A stretch of DNA of 64,000 bases from a virus, in IMG/VR virus record IMGVR_UViG_3300029203_000004; one strand, 5' to 3'. A model generated the notes under the pieces. That model made no database searches and was not told where the DNA came from. It worked only from the letters and a program-made list of their open reading frames with translations. How positions within the stretch are numbered: position 1 is the first letter of the stretch; each line of letters begins with the position of its first letter. The position numbers were made by a program, and so were the translations under genes. This document shows positions 45,224-54,134 of the stretch, one piece after another.

Positions 45224-45772
45224 TTATTTTTTATTGTTGTTATTATTATTGTTTACATGTTGCACATCAGGCAATTTGATACCAGAAGCAGCAAGTTGTG
45301 CAAGTATATCCTTTATCTGTGACAATTCACCTTTAAGTTCCTTCATCTCCTTGTCCTGCTGTGCCTTTTCGGCAAATGCAGGATTCAATGCTGTAAGCAT
45401 CTCATCGCAGCTTTTGATTACTTTCTGATGGTATTCCACAGATTCCACAACCCTTACACTACTTATTTTCATTGCTTCTATCTCTGCATTGATGGCATCC
45501 TTGCTTTCCGATACAACCACATTCCCGCCTACTTGGGAAAAGTCTGCTATACTAAGATTGGCTGGCAACTTTTGAAAATCAAGAGTATCATCTCCAACCT
45601 TAACTTTCACATCCACAACCATTTCATTTTGCGGAAGAGGATATGCTGTATATCCGTTCTGATATTTAGGAACAGGATTTGAAACACTTACCACAGTGCC
45701 CACATCACATCTTGGGTTTTCCCCTTTATGCAATATGAAAAACTGCTGTCCTTGTCGTATTGATTGAAACAT
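45224..45772 (-). CDS. hypothetical protein (182 aa), coiled-coil C-terminus with an Asn run
   Basis: ORF track; ...KEMKELKGELSQIKDILAQL...NNNNNNNKK. Confidence 0.65.
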   Translation of the reverse strand: MFQSIRQGQQFFILHKGENPRCDVGTVVSVSNPVPKYQNGYTAYPLPQNEMVVDVKVKVGDDTLDFQKLPANLSIADFSQVGGNVVVSESKDAINAEIEAMKISSVRVVESVEYHQKVIKSCDEMLTALNPAFAEKAQQDKEMKELKGELSQIKDILAQLAASGIKLPDVQHVNNNNNNNKK

Positions 45773-45793
45773 ACTTATTCTAACTTTTTAATA

Positions 45794-46243
45794 TCATTTT
45801 ACAGTGCTTCTAGCCTGTGCGGCAGTAGCAGGTGCAACGATATGGTTAACTACTTGAAATATCCCATTACATTTGTCGTAATAGACAAAGTATTTATTCC
45901 CCTGTGAAATTTCACTAGACGGAATCTGATCCCCAGAACCGTTTACCAAAGGAACCTTGCTTGTGGATGTTGATGTGGTATTTGTCAATGTAGTGGCTAC
46001 AGAAACAAGATACGCATCAGACCCAGCAGCAGGAACATGATTTACGCTTAAAAGCAAAATACCTTGATTTGGCAATCGTCTGAACAGACACGGGTTAATA
46101 CCATAGATAACCTCTGAATTTGTCGTATCTGTCGTTACAGAAGATGTCCTAACAAACGGTATTCCTCCAAAGTCAAGTCTATGTACGCCTTTAAAACGGT
46201 TAGCGTTATATCCCATCATATAAGGATTAAAAAAATAACTCAT
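45794..46243 (-). CDS. hypothetical protein (149 aa)
   Basis: ORF track. Confidence 0.65.
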   Translation of the reverse strand: MSYFFNPYMMGYNANRFKGVHRLDFGGIPFVRTSSVTTDTTNSEVIYGINPCLFRRLPNQGILLLSVNHVPAAGSDAYLVSVATTLTNTTSTSTSKVPLVNGSGDQIPSSEISQGNKYFVYYDKCNGIFQVVNHIVAPATAAQARSTVK

Positions 46244-46373
46244 AACTTTTCCCTTTCTTTAAAATTTTACTATTTTTGCATCGGGATAGATAGGAGTGAT
46301 CAGCCTATTGAAAAGGGTTCGCTAACGCCCTTCCCTCTTTTTTCTATGTTAGCATCACTAAAACTAGTTAGCA

Positions 46374-47015
46374 ATGACAAACGAAGAATTTATTAAGAGC
46401 ATCTCCTTGGAAGGAGAAATTTGGAAGGACGTAATCGGATATGAAGAAACATATATGGTTTCTTCATATGGTAGAGTTGTGTTTAAAGAACGTTTTAGAG
46501 ATAATGGCAATGGTGGATACGTTATGCCACCAAAGCTATGTCATTTAATGGAAACGAAATTTGGATACTTACAAGCTCGCCTATATAAAGATAATAAAGA
46601 GAAAAAATGCTATGTTCATAGATTAGTTGCATCTGCACATATATCTAACCCTAATAATTATCCCATAATAGACCATATTGATACCAACAGGAAAAACAAC
46701 AAAGTATCTAATTTAAGATGGTGTAATTCCTCTATGAATGCTCTAAATCCAATAACAAGAAAAAGAAACTCTTTATCTAAAATTGGAAATAGAAAAATTA
46801 TTCTAGCAAACAGTAAATCTGTTGTTCGTATCAATCCAAGTAATCCTAATGATATTAAGATTTATGAATCACCCACTTTTGCTAAGAAAACAGAAGGATA
46901 TAACCAAGGTCATATTTCCGCTGTATGTTTAGGTAAAAGAAAGTATCATAAAGGATATAAATGGATGTACCTATCCGATTACGAAGCCCAATTCAATAAG
47001 TCAAAGAACTCTTAA
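46374..47015 (+). CDS. HNH homing endonuclease with NUMOD4 motif
   Basis: EIWKDVIGYEETYMVSSYGRV (NUMOD4) and HRLVASAH...IDHIDTNRKNNKVSNLRW (HNH). Opposite strand to the flanking late genes. Confidence 0.8.
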   Translation: MTNEEFIKSISLEGEIWKDVIGYEETYMVSSYGRVVFKERFRDNGNGGYVMPPKLCHLMETKFGYLQARLYKDNKEKKCYVHRLVASAHISNPNNYPIIDHIDTNRKNNKVSNLRWCNSSMNALNPITRKRNSLSKIGNRKIILANSKSVVRINPSNPNDIKIYESPTFAKKTEGYNQGHISAVCLGKRKYHKGYKWMYLSDYEAQFNKSKNS

Positions 47016-47022
47016 CTAAACT

Positions 47023-47916
47023 TTAGCAATTGCAACCACAGTTGTCACCAGCAGCATAACCTGCACCAAAACCAGCCATGAACGGATAACCTCCATAGCA
47101 ACAATTTGGGTTAGGCACTATATAGGATGGAACTGGGCACGGAGCCTTAAGTTGTCCAACTATATTTGCAGTCTGAGCCTGTTGAGAAGCAGCCAGAGCC
47201 AAATTGCTGTTTTCCTGTCTAAGTGCATCTATCTTGTTTTGCATTTCACGCATTTCAAGCTGACAGAATTTATCATTGATGATAGCTGTTTGAGCGTCTA
47301 TCTTTGCGCCAAGAATGTTAAACTGAGTGTTTGCATTGCTTGTCAAAGTATTGGTCTGCTCTACAGTAGCCAAACGGCTATCACATCCTTGACGTTCAAT
47401 AGCTGTACGGATATCGCAGCAGCAAGAAGCAAGCTGAGAACCGATAGCTGCACTATTGGACTGAATTGAGTTGATGATCTGTTGAGAGGAAAGACCTACT
47501 TGGTTACCAACTTGCTGAATCTGTCCTTGAATTTGGCAGATAGCATTCTGCAACTGTTGAGTAGAGCAGTTCAAAGAACTAGCCAACTGATTGATAGCTG
47601 TTCCGTTTCCTTGAATAGCGTTCATCAACAATTCACGTCCTGCTTCATTGTTCAATTGAGCAGGGATTCCGTTTGCTCCATTGCCAAACCCGTTACCGAA
47701 TCCGTTACCACCCCACAGGAAGAAGAGCAGGATAATCCAGATCCACCAACAACCAGCACCACCCCAAGCGTCTTGATTGTTTTTATTGCTCATAAGAGCG
47801 GCAACCATATTGGGGTCTAATCCTTTATTCTGCAACAGTGCAGGAATCATTGACATAATACCTGCGCTTTCTCCAGCGGCAGGATTGTCGAACATAAAAA
47901 TTTTGTCTGAACCCAT
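47023..47916 (-). CDS. Gly-rich membrane-anchored coiled-coil protein with a Cys-rich C-terminus
   Basis: WWIWIILLFFLWGGNGFGNGFGNG TM/Gly tract, a Q/N-rich heptad-like middle, and C-terminal NPNCCYGG...DNCGCNC. Start set to MGSDKIF because a hairpin covers the longer start. Confidence 0.6.
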   Translation of the reverse strand: MGSDKIFMFDNPAAGESAGIMSMIPALLQNKGLDPNMVAALMSNKNNQDAWGGAGCWWIWIILLFFLWGGNGFGNGFGNGANGIPAQLNNEAGRELLMNAIQGNGTAINQLASSLNCSTQQLQNAICQIQGQIQQVGNQVGLSSQQIINSIQSNSAAIGSQLASCCCDIRTAIERQGCDSRLATVEQTNTLTSNANTQFNILGAKIDAQTAIINDKFCQLEMREMQNKIDALRQENSNLALAASQQAQTANIVGQLKAPCPVPSYIVPNPNCCYGGYPFMAGFGAGYAAGDNCGCNC

Positions 47917-48020
47917 AATATTGTAATTTAATGTGTGTGTATTATAACTCCCGTAAAGACTGTGCACTCATCTTTACGAGTGTAAATTTACAACATGGAT
48001 TGCCTAAACAAAAATAAAAA

Positions 48021-49003
48021 TCTGATTATCCGTTTATGCACCTGTTATATTCGCAATTACTAGTCTGTCAAAGAGTTTGTCTCCAAAATACCGTCTGTTT
48101 AATTTGTAAATAAACTCGTTGAGATACAACTGTAAGTATTTCCTTTTGATTTTATGGTAGTTGCCCAGCAATGTCCGTTTTGCATTACTGATTGCGATAT
48201 GCACCCATTTGAGTGTTTCCTTGGTGGTTTTGGCGTCTGATTTCTCGGTGACGTGCAATTCCACCAGATCGGAGATGTCAACGTAAGAAGTGCTTTTGTC
48301 CGAAAATACGATGGCATCATCCTCCATGCAGTCCCTGACCACGCCGTTGATTCCTTCACTTTGATGGCTATCCAGTACCCTGGCCTTGAAATAACGCACA
48401 TGCTTCTCCTTTTTGCCCGTTTCGATATCTTCCAACGGGGTGCTTTCGGCCATCACCGCAACGTTCTGCTTTCCCTCGGCTCCCCGGCCACGTGTACCCT
48501 TGCCTCGCTCGATTTCCTTACTGGCCACCGAAAAGTAACCCTCATCCAGTTCTATCATCCCTTCCAGTGTATACCTTGCATCCCGGTTGCCCATCGCCCT
48601 GCGGAGTTTGTGTACCATCGCCCATACCGGTTCGTAACGCTTCAATCCTAATTGCTTCTGGAGTTCGTTGGTGGAGAATCCCTTTTTTGTGCAACTCATC
48701 AGGAACATCGTTTTGTACCACACCAGAAACGGCAGCTTGGAGCTCTCCATGATCGTACCGCTGCGCAACGAGGTGCGGAAACGGCAACCTTTGCATTCAT
48801 AACTCCATTTACCCTGTAACCAATAATGGGAAGTGCCCCCGCATCGCTTGCAGACAACCCCTTCCTTATCACGCTGCTCCTTGAAATGCAAACGACAATC
48901 TTCCTCCGAACCGAAATGAGCCGTAAAACTGAATATGTTCATAATCCCTGCTTTTTGAGCGCTAATATACTAAAAATATTAGGTGTGTTTGCGGAGAATC
49001 AGA
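48021..49003 (-). mobile_element. IS1595-family insertion sequence (983 bp) with imperfect terminal IRs and an 8-bp TSD AATAAAAA
   Basis: Left end is TCTGATTATCCG...; right end is ...CGGAGAATCAGA (17/23 IR match). AATAAAAA sits at 48013-48020 and 49004-49011. GC-rich relative to the flanks. Confidence 0.8.
48034..48942 (-). CDS. IS1595-family (ISXO2-like DDE) transposase
   Basis: N-terminal zinc ribbon CKRCGGTSHYWL..YECKGCRFRTSLRSGT followed by a DDE-type domain. Confidence 0.8.
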   Translation of the reverse strand: MNIFSFTAHFGSEEDCRLHFKEQRDKEGVVCKRCGGTSHYWLQGKWSYECKGCRFRTSLRSGTIMESSKLPFLVWYKTMFLMSCTKKGFSTNELQKQLGLKRYEPVWAMVHKLRRAMGNRDARYTLEGMIELDEGYFSVASKEIERGKGTRGRGAEGKQNVAVMAESTPLEDIETGKKEKHVRYFKARVLDSHQSEGINGVVRDCMEDDAIVFSDKSTSYVDISDLVELHVTEKSDAKTTKETLKWVHIAISNAKRTLLGNYHKIKRKYLQLYLNEFIYKLNRRYFGDKLFDRLVIANITGA

Positions 49004-49132
49004 AATAAAAATTTCGCAGTATAACCTATTGTGTTTCAGATAGTTTAAAGTTGTTAAAATAAGTTATTTGCTTGTGTGTTGTTTTTCCTATTCGTATATT
49101 AGCGCAATAATTTTAAAATAGAGGAATTGAAG

Positions 49133-49351
49133 ATGAAAGAATTAAAAAAATGGAATAATAATCCAATAAAGATTACGTATTTAATACCTAGTGGAAACAA
49201 GTATGCTTATATAAAATTAGGTGACACTGTTGATCTGACGAACGGAACATATAAAATAACCGCTTTGGATAATGAAGAAAACATTTTCCAAGCGGTTAAT
49301 ATGGAGAATAAAGATGATTGTGTTACAATGTATGCGTATGAGGTTGTCTAG
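49133..49351 (+). CDS. hypothetical protein (72 aa from the ATG)
   Basis: ORF-track TTG start replaced by the ATG at 49133; converges with 49348..49716. Confidence 0.5.
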   Translation: MKELKKWNNNPIKITYLIPSGNKYAYIKLGDTVDLTNGTYKITALDNEENIFQAVNMENKDDCVTMYAYEVV

Positions 49352-49716
49352 CTTTTAGTCTTGTATTTGCCCCTTGACTTCTTTGGACGTATAAGCCCGT
49401 TGTTTTTAAGAGCATCCAATGTTTCTTTCAAATAAACGGGTTTTGTCATTCCTTGTACTCTCACGGGAGATAATAACGGTTGTACGGGATGAAACTTAGT
49501 GCCTTTGTATGTAAGCCTTGCAAACTCGGTGTCACTCACATCAAGATACTTTATGGCATTTTCTCTATCAAAATAAGACGGTATGATAGTTGATTTGTTT
49601 ATTGCGTCAGTAAGGAAGTTGAACTGTTCCGCATCAACATTCGAGTTTCCGCTTTTCAATGCTAGAGATATTCCGTCAAGTAAGGAAGCTAATATAGTGT
49701 TATAATTCATGCCCAT
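49348..49716 (-). CDS. hypothetical protein (122 aa), basic C-terminus
   Basis: ORF track. Confidence 0.6.
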   Translation of the reverse strand: MGMNYNTILASLLDGISLALKSGNSNVDAEQFNFLTDAINKSTIIPSYFDRENAIKYLDVSDTEFARLTYKGTKFHPVQPLLSPVRVQGMTKPVYLKETLDALKNNGLIRPKKSRGKYKTKS

Positions 49717-49719
49717 GAC

Positions 49720-50046
49720 TTACTCGATAGATGATATGTTTGCTGTTCCCGTAACACTCACCTTGCTTCCTGGTGTGACTGAAAAATATTCCACCGTTCC
49801 TGCCGGGAGAAGCATTCCTGTTGGTGATATTCTGCTTGATCTGCTTTTCGTTTCCTGTACCAATGAGATACGGCATCCATCCGATGTCGCTACTCTTATA
49901 AGGTTTGACAATGCTGTGTATTCCTTGTCGGTTACATCTTCCGATGCTGATATTCTTGCAGCTACGATACCTTTTAACGCTTCATCCTTTGAAGCGTTTT
50001 TGGTGGAGAAATACCCACCTATCTGTTGTTTATCATTGTTTTCCAT
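49720..50046 (-). CDS. hypothetical protein (108 aa)
   Basis: ORF track. Confidence 0.6.
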   Translation of the reverse strand: MENNDKQQIGGYFSTKNASKDEALKGIVAARISASEDVTDKEYTALSNLIRVATSDGCRISLVQETKSRSSRISPTGMLLPAGTVEYFSVTPGSKVSVTGTANISSIE

Positions 50047-50389
50047 ATCCTTTCAAGTAAGATTGTTTCACACTTTCGGCAAACTCGTTCAGCTTTACAT
50101 AATCCGGGTCAAGTTTGTTTAAAATACCTTTTCTGAGAGCCGCTTCTTCCTCACCGTTGGGAAATTCATCCTTTATGGCGGCATCTACCGTTTTGTCGTA
50201 TGATACAGGGTTCTTTACACGCTGTACATCGGCTTTCCACTTTTTGACGAACTTTTCCTGTACAATATTTCCCATATCGTCCGTTTCGGGTTCGTCAACT
50301 TGTTCAATGTTTAAATGAACATTGCTATATCCAGTGCCTAAATCAAAGATAAAGGCAGGCTTCTCGTCAAAAATCAAACCTCTTTCCAT
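50033..50389 (-). CDS. hypothetical acidic protein (118 aa) immediately downstream of the RT
   Basis: ORF track; 3-nt gap to the RT stop. Confidence 0.6.
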   Translation of the reverse strand: MERGLIFDEKPAFIFDLGTGYSNVHLNIEQVDEPETDDMGNIVQEKFVKKWKADVQRVKNPVSYDKTVDAAIKDEFPNGEEEAALRKGILNKLDPDYVKLNEFAESVKQSYLKGYGKQ

Positions 50390-50392
50390 AGT

Positions 50393-51682
50393 TTAAATAT
50401 CTAATGTTCCATCAAAATAATAACCCCTATTGAATTTTATGACAACATCTTCCAATGGTAAAAGGCTTTTGTCTACTTGGGAAAGGAATGCTCCTAATGT
50501 TTCGTATCCGCCTTTCACAAAGCATTTTTCTCCTTTGAACAGTATCTGCATTCTTACCCATGTACTATTGTCCTTCTTTGTAGATGGTCTTACATCAAAA
50601 TCAAGAATGTCTATATGCTCATCGACAAGTTTGTCTATCTTTATATCCTTTCCGTCAAACTTTCTTGACACTCTTATATTTAAGTCACTAATCTTTGTCA
50701 TGTGGCTATTATTATTAACTAAAACTTTATTAATTAAGTTTTTAGAATCACAGTGCATCAACATACCCATATAACTCGTAATTGATTTTGGGTTATTACG
50801 TTTTGACGCAAAGTTTTTCTTTATTCTCTTTCTTATTTTGGTATGACCGGGAGTAAAGACAAATCCACCGAAATCTATCCCTTCTGAAACGGGGAATATC
50901 CTGTAATTTTTCTTCATCTCCAACTTTTTTTCATACCACAGGTAATTTCTTATCCTCCACAGCCATTCATGCAACTGTTTCTTGTCGTGGGATAATATCA
51001 CCATATCATCGGCAAATCTGAAATAATGCTTTACTTTGAACTGCTCCTTTATAACATGATCCAAAGACCTTAATACCAAATGGCTTCCTATCTGAGCGTC
51101 AGGATTGCCAATAGCCAGACCTTTGTTGCTGTAATTAAGCGTATTCATAAGCCATAACGCATCCCTGTCTTTCAAGTCTTTGCTATATGCCTTCTTGTAA
51201 ACGCTGTGTCTTACGGACGGATAAAACTTCTTAATATCCATTTTCAAAACGTATATTTTTCCGTTTTTGTCCATTTCAAGCAATGTCCGTTTCATCTTTC
51301 TCACAAGGGAATGCTTTTTAACCTTACTTGTAATACCCCTTTTGGGCAGACAGTTATATGAATCAAGTGTAAGGCTTTTTGTCCATCTGTCCATCATGGG
51401 TACCAAAAGGCTGTGCTGGATAATCCTGTCCGGGTAAAACGGGAGTTTGTGTATCTCCCTTACCTTTCCTGCATCAGTCACTTTCTCTATCACCTCATAC
51501 TTGCTTACATGGTATGATTTGTCTTTGAGCATCTGATAAACATTCTGATGATATTCATCCTTATGTTTCTCATAATCCCTCACACCCCTGTGATTCCTCT
51601 TTCCTTTCTTTGCCTTTTCAGCAGCAGAGATAATATTATCCATACTGCCTATCGTTTCAAAAATATTATTCAATCTTTTCAT
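50393..51682 (-). CDS. DGR reverse transcriptase (429 aa, long C-terminal extension)
   Basis: RT motifs include LAIGNPDAQ (DGR-type I/LGxxxSQ variant) and RFADDMVIL (YxDD box). Lies 159 nt downstream of the TR. Confidence 0.85.
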   Translation of the reverse strand: MKRLNNIFETIGSMDNIISAAEKAKKGKRNHRGVRDYEKHKDEYHQNVYQMLKDKSYHVSKYEVIEKVTDAGKVREIHKLPFYPDRIIQHSLLVPMMDRWTKSLTLDSYNCLPKRGITSKVKKHSLVRKMKRTLLEMDKNGKIYVLKMDIKKFYPSVRHSVYKKAYSKDLKDRDALWLMNTLNYSNKGLAIGNPDAQIGSHLVLRSLDHVIKEQFKVKHYFRFADDMVILSHDKKQLHEWLWRIRNYLWYEKKLEMKKNYRIFPVSEGIDFGGFVFTPGHTKIRKRIKKNFASKRNNPKSITSYMGMLMHCDSKNLINKVLVNNNSHMTKISDLNIRVSRKFDGKDIKIDKLVDEHIDILDFDVRPSTKKDNSTWVRMQILFKGEKCFVKGGYETLGAFLSQVDKSLLPLEDVVIKFNRGYYFDGTLDI

Positions 51683-51841
51683 CTTACGTGCTTTTCTTTG
51701 TCCGTTGAGCCAAAGATAACTAACTTTCCATATACCTACAACTGTAAATGTACTAATAAGTTCCCATTCTCAAACAATGGGTTGTCTTGACATTTTCCAT
51801 CTTCCTGACGAGGCTTCTGTATAGCAGTAATTTTTTTTAGC

Positions 51842-51951
51842 ACGTTAGCTGCCACCGATGTTCGTGTTCGCATTCGAAGGGGCATTGTTCGCATTACCAT
51901 TCCGCAGAGAACAATTGTCGTTGTCCGACTTACCACCAAAGTAAACACCAC
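51842..51951 (-). repeat. DGR template repeat (TR), 110 bp
   Basis: Aligns with no gaps to 52125-52234 (offset 283). The in-frame reading GVYFGGKSDNDNCSLRNGNANNAPSNANTNIGGS contains nine AAY codons. Confidence 0.9.
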
Positions 51952-52038
51952 CATTCTACAGACCGCCTTTTTTCAACTAACCGCCTTTGACAGACTTATT
52001 TAACTTTGCTGACGCATTTGGTTAGATTTTTAATTATG

Positions 52039-52046
52039 CAAACTTA
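52039..52046 (-). promoter_or_regulatory. -7 promoter box TAagTTTG upstream of the TR (candidate promoter of the TR-RT RNA)
   Basis: The plus strand reads CAAACTTA; ~88 nt upstream (minus sense) of the TR. Confidence 0.4.
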
Positions 52047-52083
52047 AACATTATTAATATATTTTGCAAGTTTTGGGAGGGGG

Positions 52084-52104
52084 ATTTTTCACTTCGTGAA
52101 AAAT
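52084..52104 (-). other. 9-bp-stem hairpin ATTTTTCAC-TTC-GTGAAAAAT at the target-gene stop, 20 nt 3' of the VR
   Basis: Perfect inverted repeat read directly. Could be a terminator and/or the hairpin/cruciform that marks DGR target sites. Confidence 0.5.
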
Positions 52105-54134
52105 TAGGGTTGGGTTATTGTACAACGAAAGCCGCCACCGAAGTTCGTGAACGCAACCGAAGGGGCATGGTACGCACTACCAGGCCGCAGAGAACAATGG
52201 TCGTTGATCGACAGACCACCAAAGAAAACACCACGCCTTCCAATCTTACCCGAACCTGCATTTCCCGTAAACCAGTTGTAATGGCATTCCCCCGTGTGAA
52301 GATTGCTTCCCTTGACCTCTCCAATAAGAGAGTTCTTAAAGTTCTTCGTTATGCATCCTTCACCTCTAGCCATAGAACCGACAAATTCATATGTATTCTC
52401 AAAACCGTAAGATTCCCCAGGATTCTTTTCTGTGGCTACATTGTCCGTAGTCAGATTGTTCACGTCATAGGTCTGATAGATGTCTATGGATGTAGAATCG
52501 TGCATGACACAATCTATCCCACTGTACCACATCCATATATCTCCCCACCCGGCAATACGTCCGCGAATGATAGGCTGTGTGAAGCATATCTCTATTTCAC
52601 GGTTTGTAACTGCCGCATTGTCAGGAATACTCCATCCGCTAGTTACAGTTGCATTGACAAACTTGGCTACGATACCCGACATCTCCCCGTCAGCCAATCC
52701 GTTATGACCTTGGAAGTTGTAGTATTTGTATTTTGTGCTTTCATATTCAAACTCGGTGTCGGGAGCGACATTGTGTTCCTTTGCGTATGACATGGCAAGC
52801 TGCGCTTCAAACATCTTCATGCAAGGACGGTAGTTGTTTATAAGCTGTGAAAAATTGTAAGCAGTTCCTGTTTCTGATGCTTTAAATCCTTGCCCGTTCA
52901 TCTTGTAATACACATAAGTCTGACCGTCCGCCTTCTTGAATCTGACGCCTGTCATTTTCCCCCAGCTTGACGCATCGGGGGCTGAATCGTTGGATGATAT
53001 TCCTTTTCCGCAAACAGACTGTGCGTGTAGGTCTTTTGTTCTAAACTTAATAAAGAGAAGCGTACACCACACTTCAAGGTCAAGGGCGAAGGCATTGGCA
53101 TAAGGATAGTTCTTCGTAATGTCCGGGTTCTTTGCCCTGGCGTATTTCTCAAAATCAAAACGTGATACATTTGTCGTAGGCCATCCATTTCCTTCCATTA
53201 TGTTTACGCCTAGATTTCCTACTGATGTTGCTCCTTTTACCGTGTTGTCAAAAATAGATCTCTGCTTCCCATCCTTTATCGTGGAGTAACCGATACTCAT
53301 TCCGAACGGTTTTATCTCTATGGCCGTATCGCCACCGTATGTAAACGGAGCGTCACTGACTAGCCTTCTTTCGTATGTATCATCCGTTCCTCCGTTGATT
53401 ATCCAGAAAGGCTTGGTGTTTACAAGCATAATATCGCTTCCGTCATCTGTTACATCAGTTCCGTCAATAACAATATTTGACGGGCTACCGTCAGTCATTT
53501 TGAAGAAATTGGTCTGGTCAAGGAATCCTACTACCTTACCGTCCTTTACCTTTGCCGCACGGAAAGAGTTGAGGATAGGATGTGATGTCTTGAACTCTTC
53601 CTTTCCTATCCATGTCTGAAATACAGGGTCTGTCTGCCCTCTTCTCATTTCCACTCCATATATATTCCCCTGCTGCATCTTTATCTGTTCGAGAAGCGTT
53701 TTGTAGTCATTGGTGAAATCATTTGTGGATAACTCCTTACCGTCCACCTTGTCTACCTTCTTGTCTAGGGCTGTTTTCTGTGCGGTGGATACAGGCTTTT
53801 CTGCATCGGACGTATTGTCCACATTAGACAGACCTATATTGTCTTTCGTTATATTGACATTCCCTGTCCTGTAAGACTGTTCGGCATTACCTTTCACGCC
53901 TATGACGGTATTCTTCTGTGCGCCTTTCTCTATCCCGTCAAGTTTGGTTTTTAACTGGGTAGTAAAGTTGTTGTCGGTATGAACATAGTTTTCGTCCATT
54001 ACCATGCCTTGTCTTATCTTGGACACCGTGACGGATTTGTTCTCTTTAGGGCTTCCCGTCACACATGGTATCATCTCTTCTCCCGTAGCGGTCTCAACGG
54101 GAGGCATCTGTGAAATTTTAAGATTATCTTCCAT
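52104..54134 (-). CDS. DGR target protein: tail-fibre/receptor-binding protein with a C-terminal variable region
   Basis: The VR encodes the last ~40 aa (GVFFGGLSINDHCSLRPGSAYHAPSVAFTNFGGGFR). N-terminus MEDNLKISQMPP is tail-fibre-like. The ORF track allows a start at 54203. Confidence 0.8.
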   Translation of the reverse strand: MEDNLKISQMPPVETATGEEMIPCVTGSPKENKSVTVSKIRQGMVMDENYVHTDNNFTTQLKTKLDGIEKGAQKNTVIGVKGNAEQSYRTGNVNITKDNIGLSNVDNTSDAEKPVSTAQKTALDKKVDKVDGKELSTNDFTNDYKTLLEQIKMQQGNIYGVEMRRGQTDPVFQTWIGKEEFKTSHPILNSFRAAKVKDGKVVGFLDQTNFFKMTDGSPSNIVIDGTDVTDDGSDIMLVNTKPFWIINGGTDDTYERRLVSDAPFTYGGDTAIEIKPFGMSIGYSTIKDGKQRSIFDNTVKGATSVGNLGVNIMEGNGWPTTNVSRFDFEKYARAKNPDITKNYPYANAFALDLEVWCTLLFIKFRTKDLHAQSVCGKGISSNDSAPDASSWGKMTGVRFKKADGQTYVYYKMNGQGFKASETGTAYNFSQLINNYRPCMKMFEAQLAMSYAKEHNVAPDTEFEYESTKYKYYNFQGHNGLADGEMSGIVAKFVNATVTSGWSIPDNAAVTNREIEICFTQPIIRGRIAGWGDIWMWYSGIDCVMHDSTSIDIYQTYDVNNLTTDNVATEKNPGESYGFENTYEFVGSMARGEGCITKNFKNSLIGEVKGSNLHTGECHYNWFTGNAGSGKIGRRGVFFGGLSINDHCSLRPGSAYHAPSVAFTNFGGGFRCTITQP
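52125..52234 (-). repeat. DGR variable repeat (VR)
   Basis: 19 mismatches to the TR, 18 of them at TR adenines (coding strand). 81 of 82 non-A positions are identical. Confidence 0.9.

Noticed and set aside
50033-50389. Avd accessory protein candidate directly after the RT
   Set aside because: The size fits, but the peptide is strongly acidic and shows none of the basic helical-bundle character of Avd. It is kept only as a hypothetical protein.
50393-51682. Retron, group II intron or Abi-type reverse transcriptase
   Set aside because: An adjacent 110-bp TR/VR pair with adenine-specific mismatches and the IGxxx(S/A)Q motif point to a DGR RT. No msr/msd-like inverted repeats or intron domains were seen.
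51736-51954. 72-aa ORF between the RT and the DGR target (and its twin 52115..52324)
   Set aside because: Both are out-of-frame readings of the TR and the VR respectively. Their similarity simply reflects the TR/VR repeat, so they are not an Avd or any other real gene.
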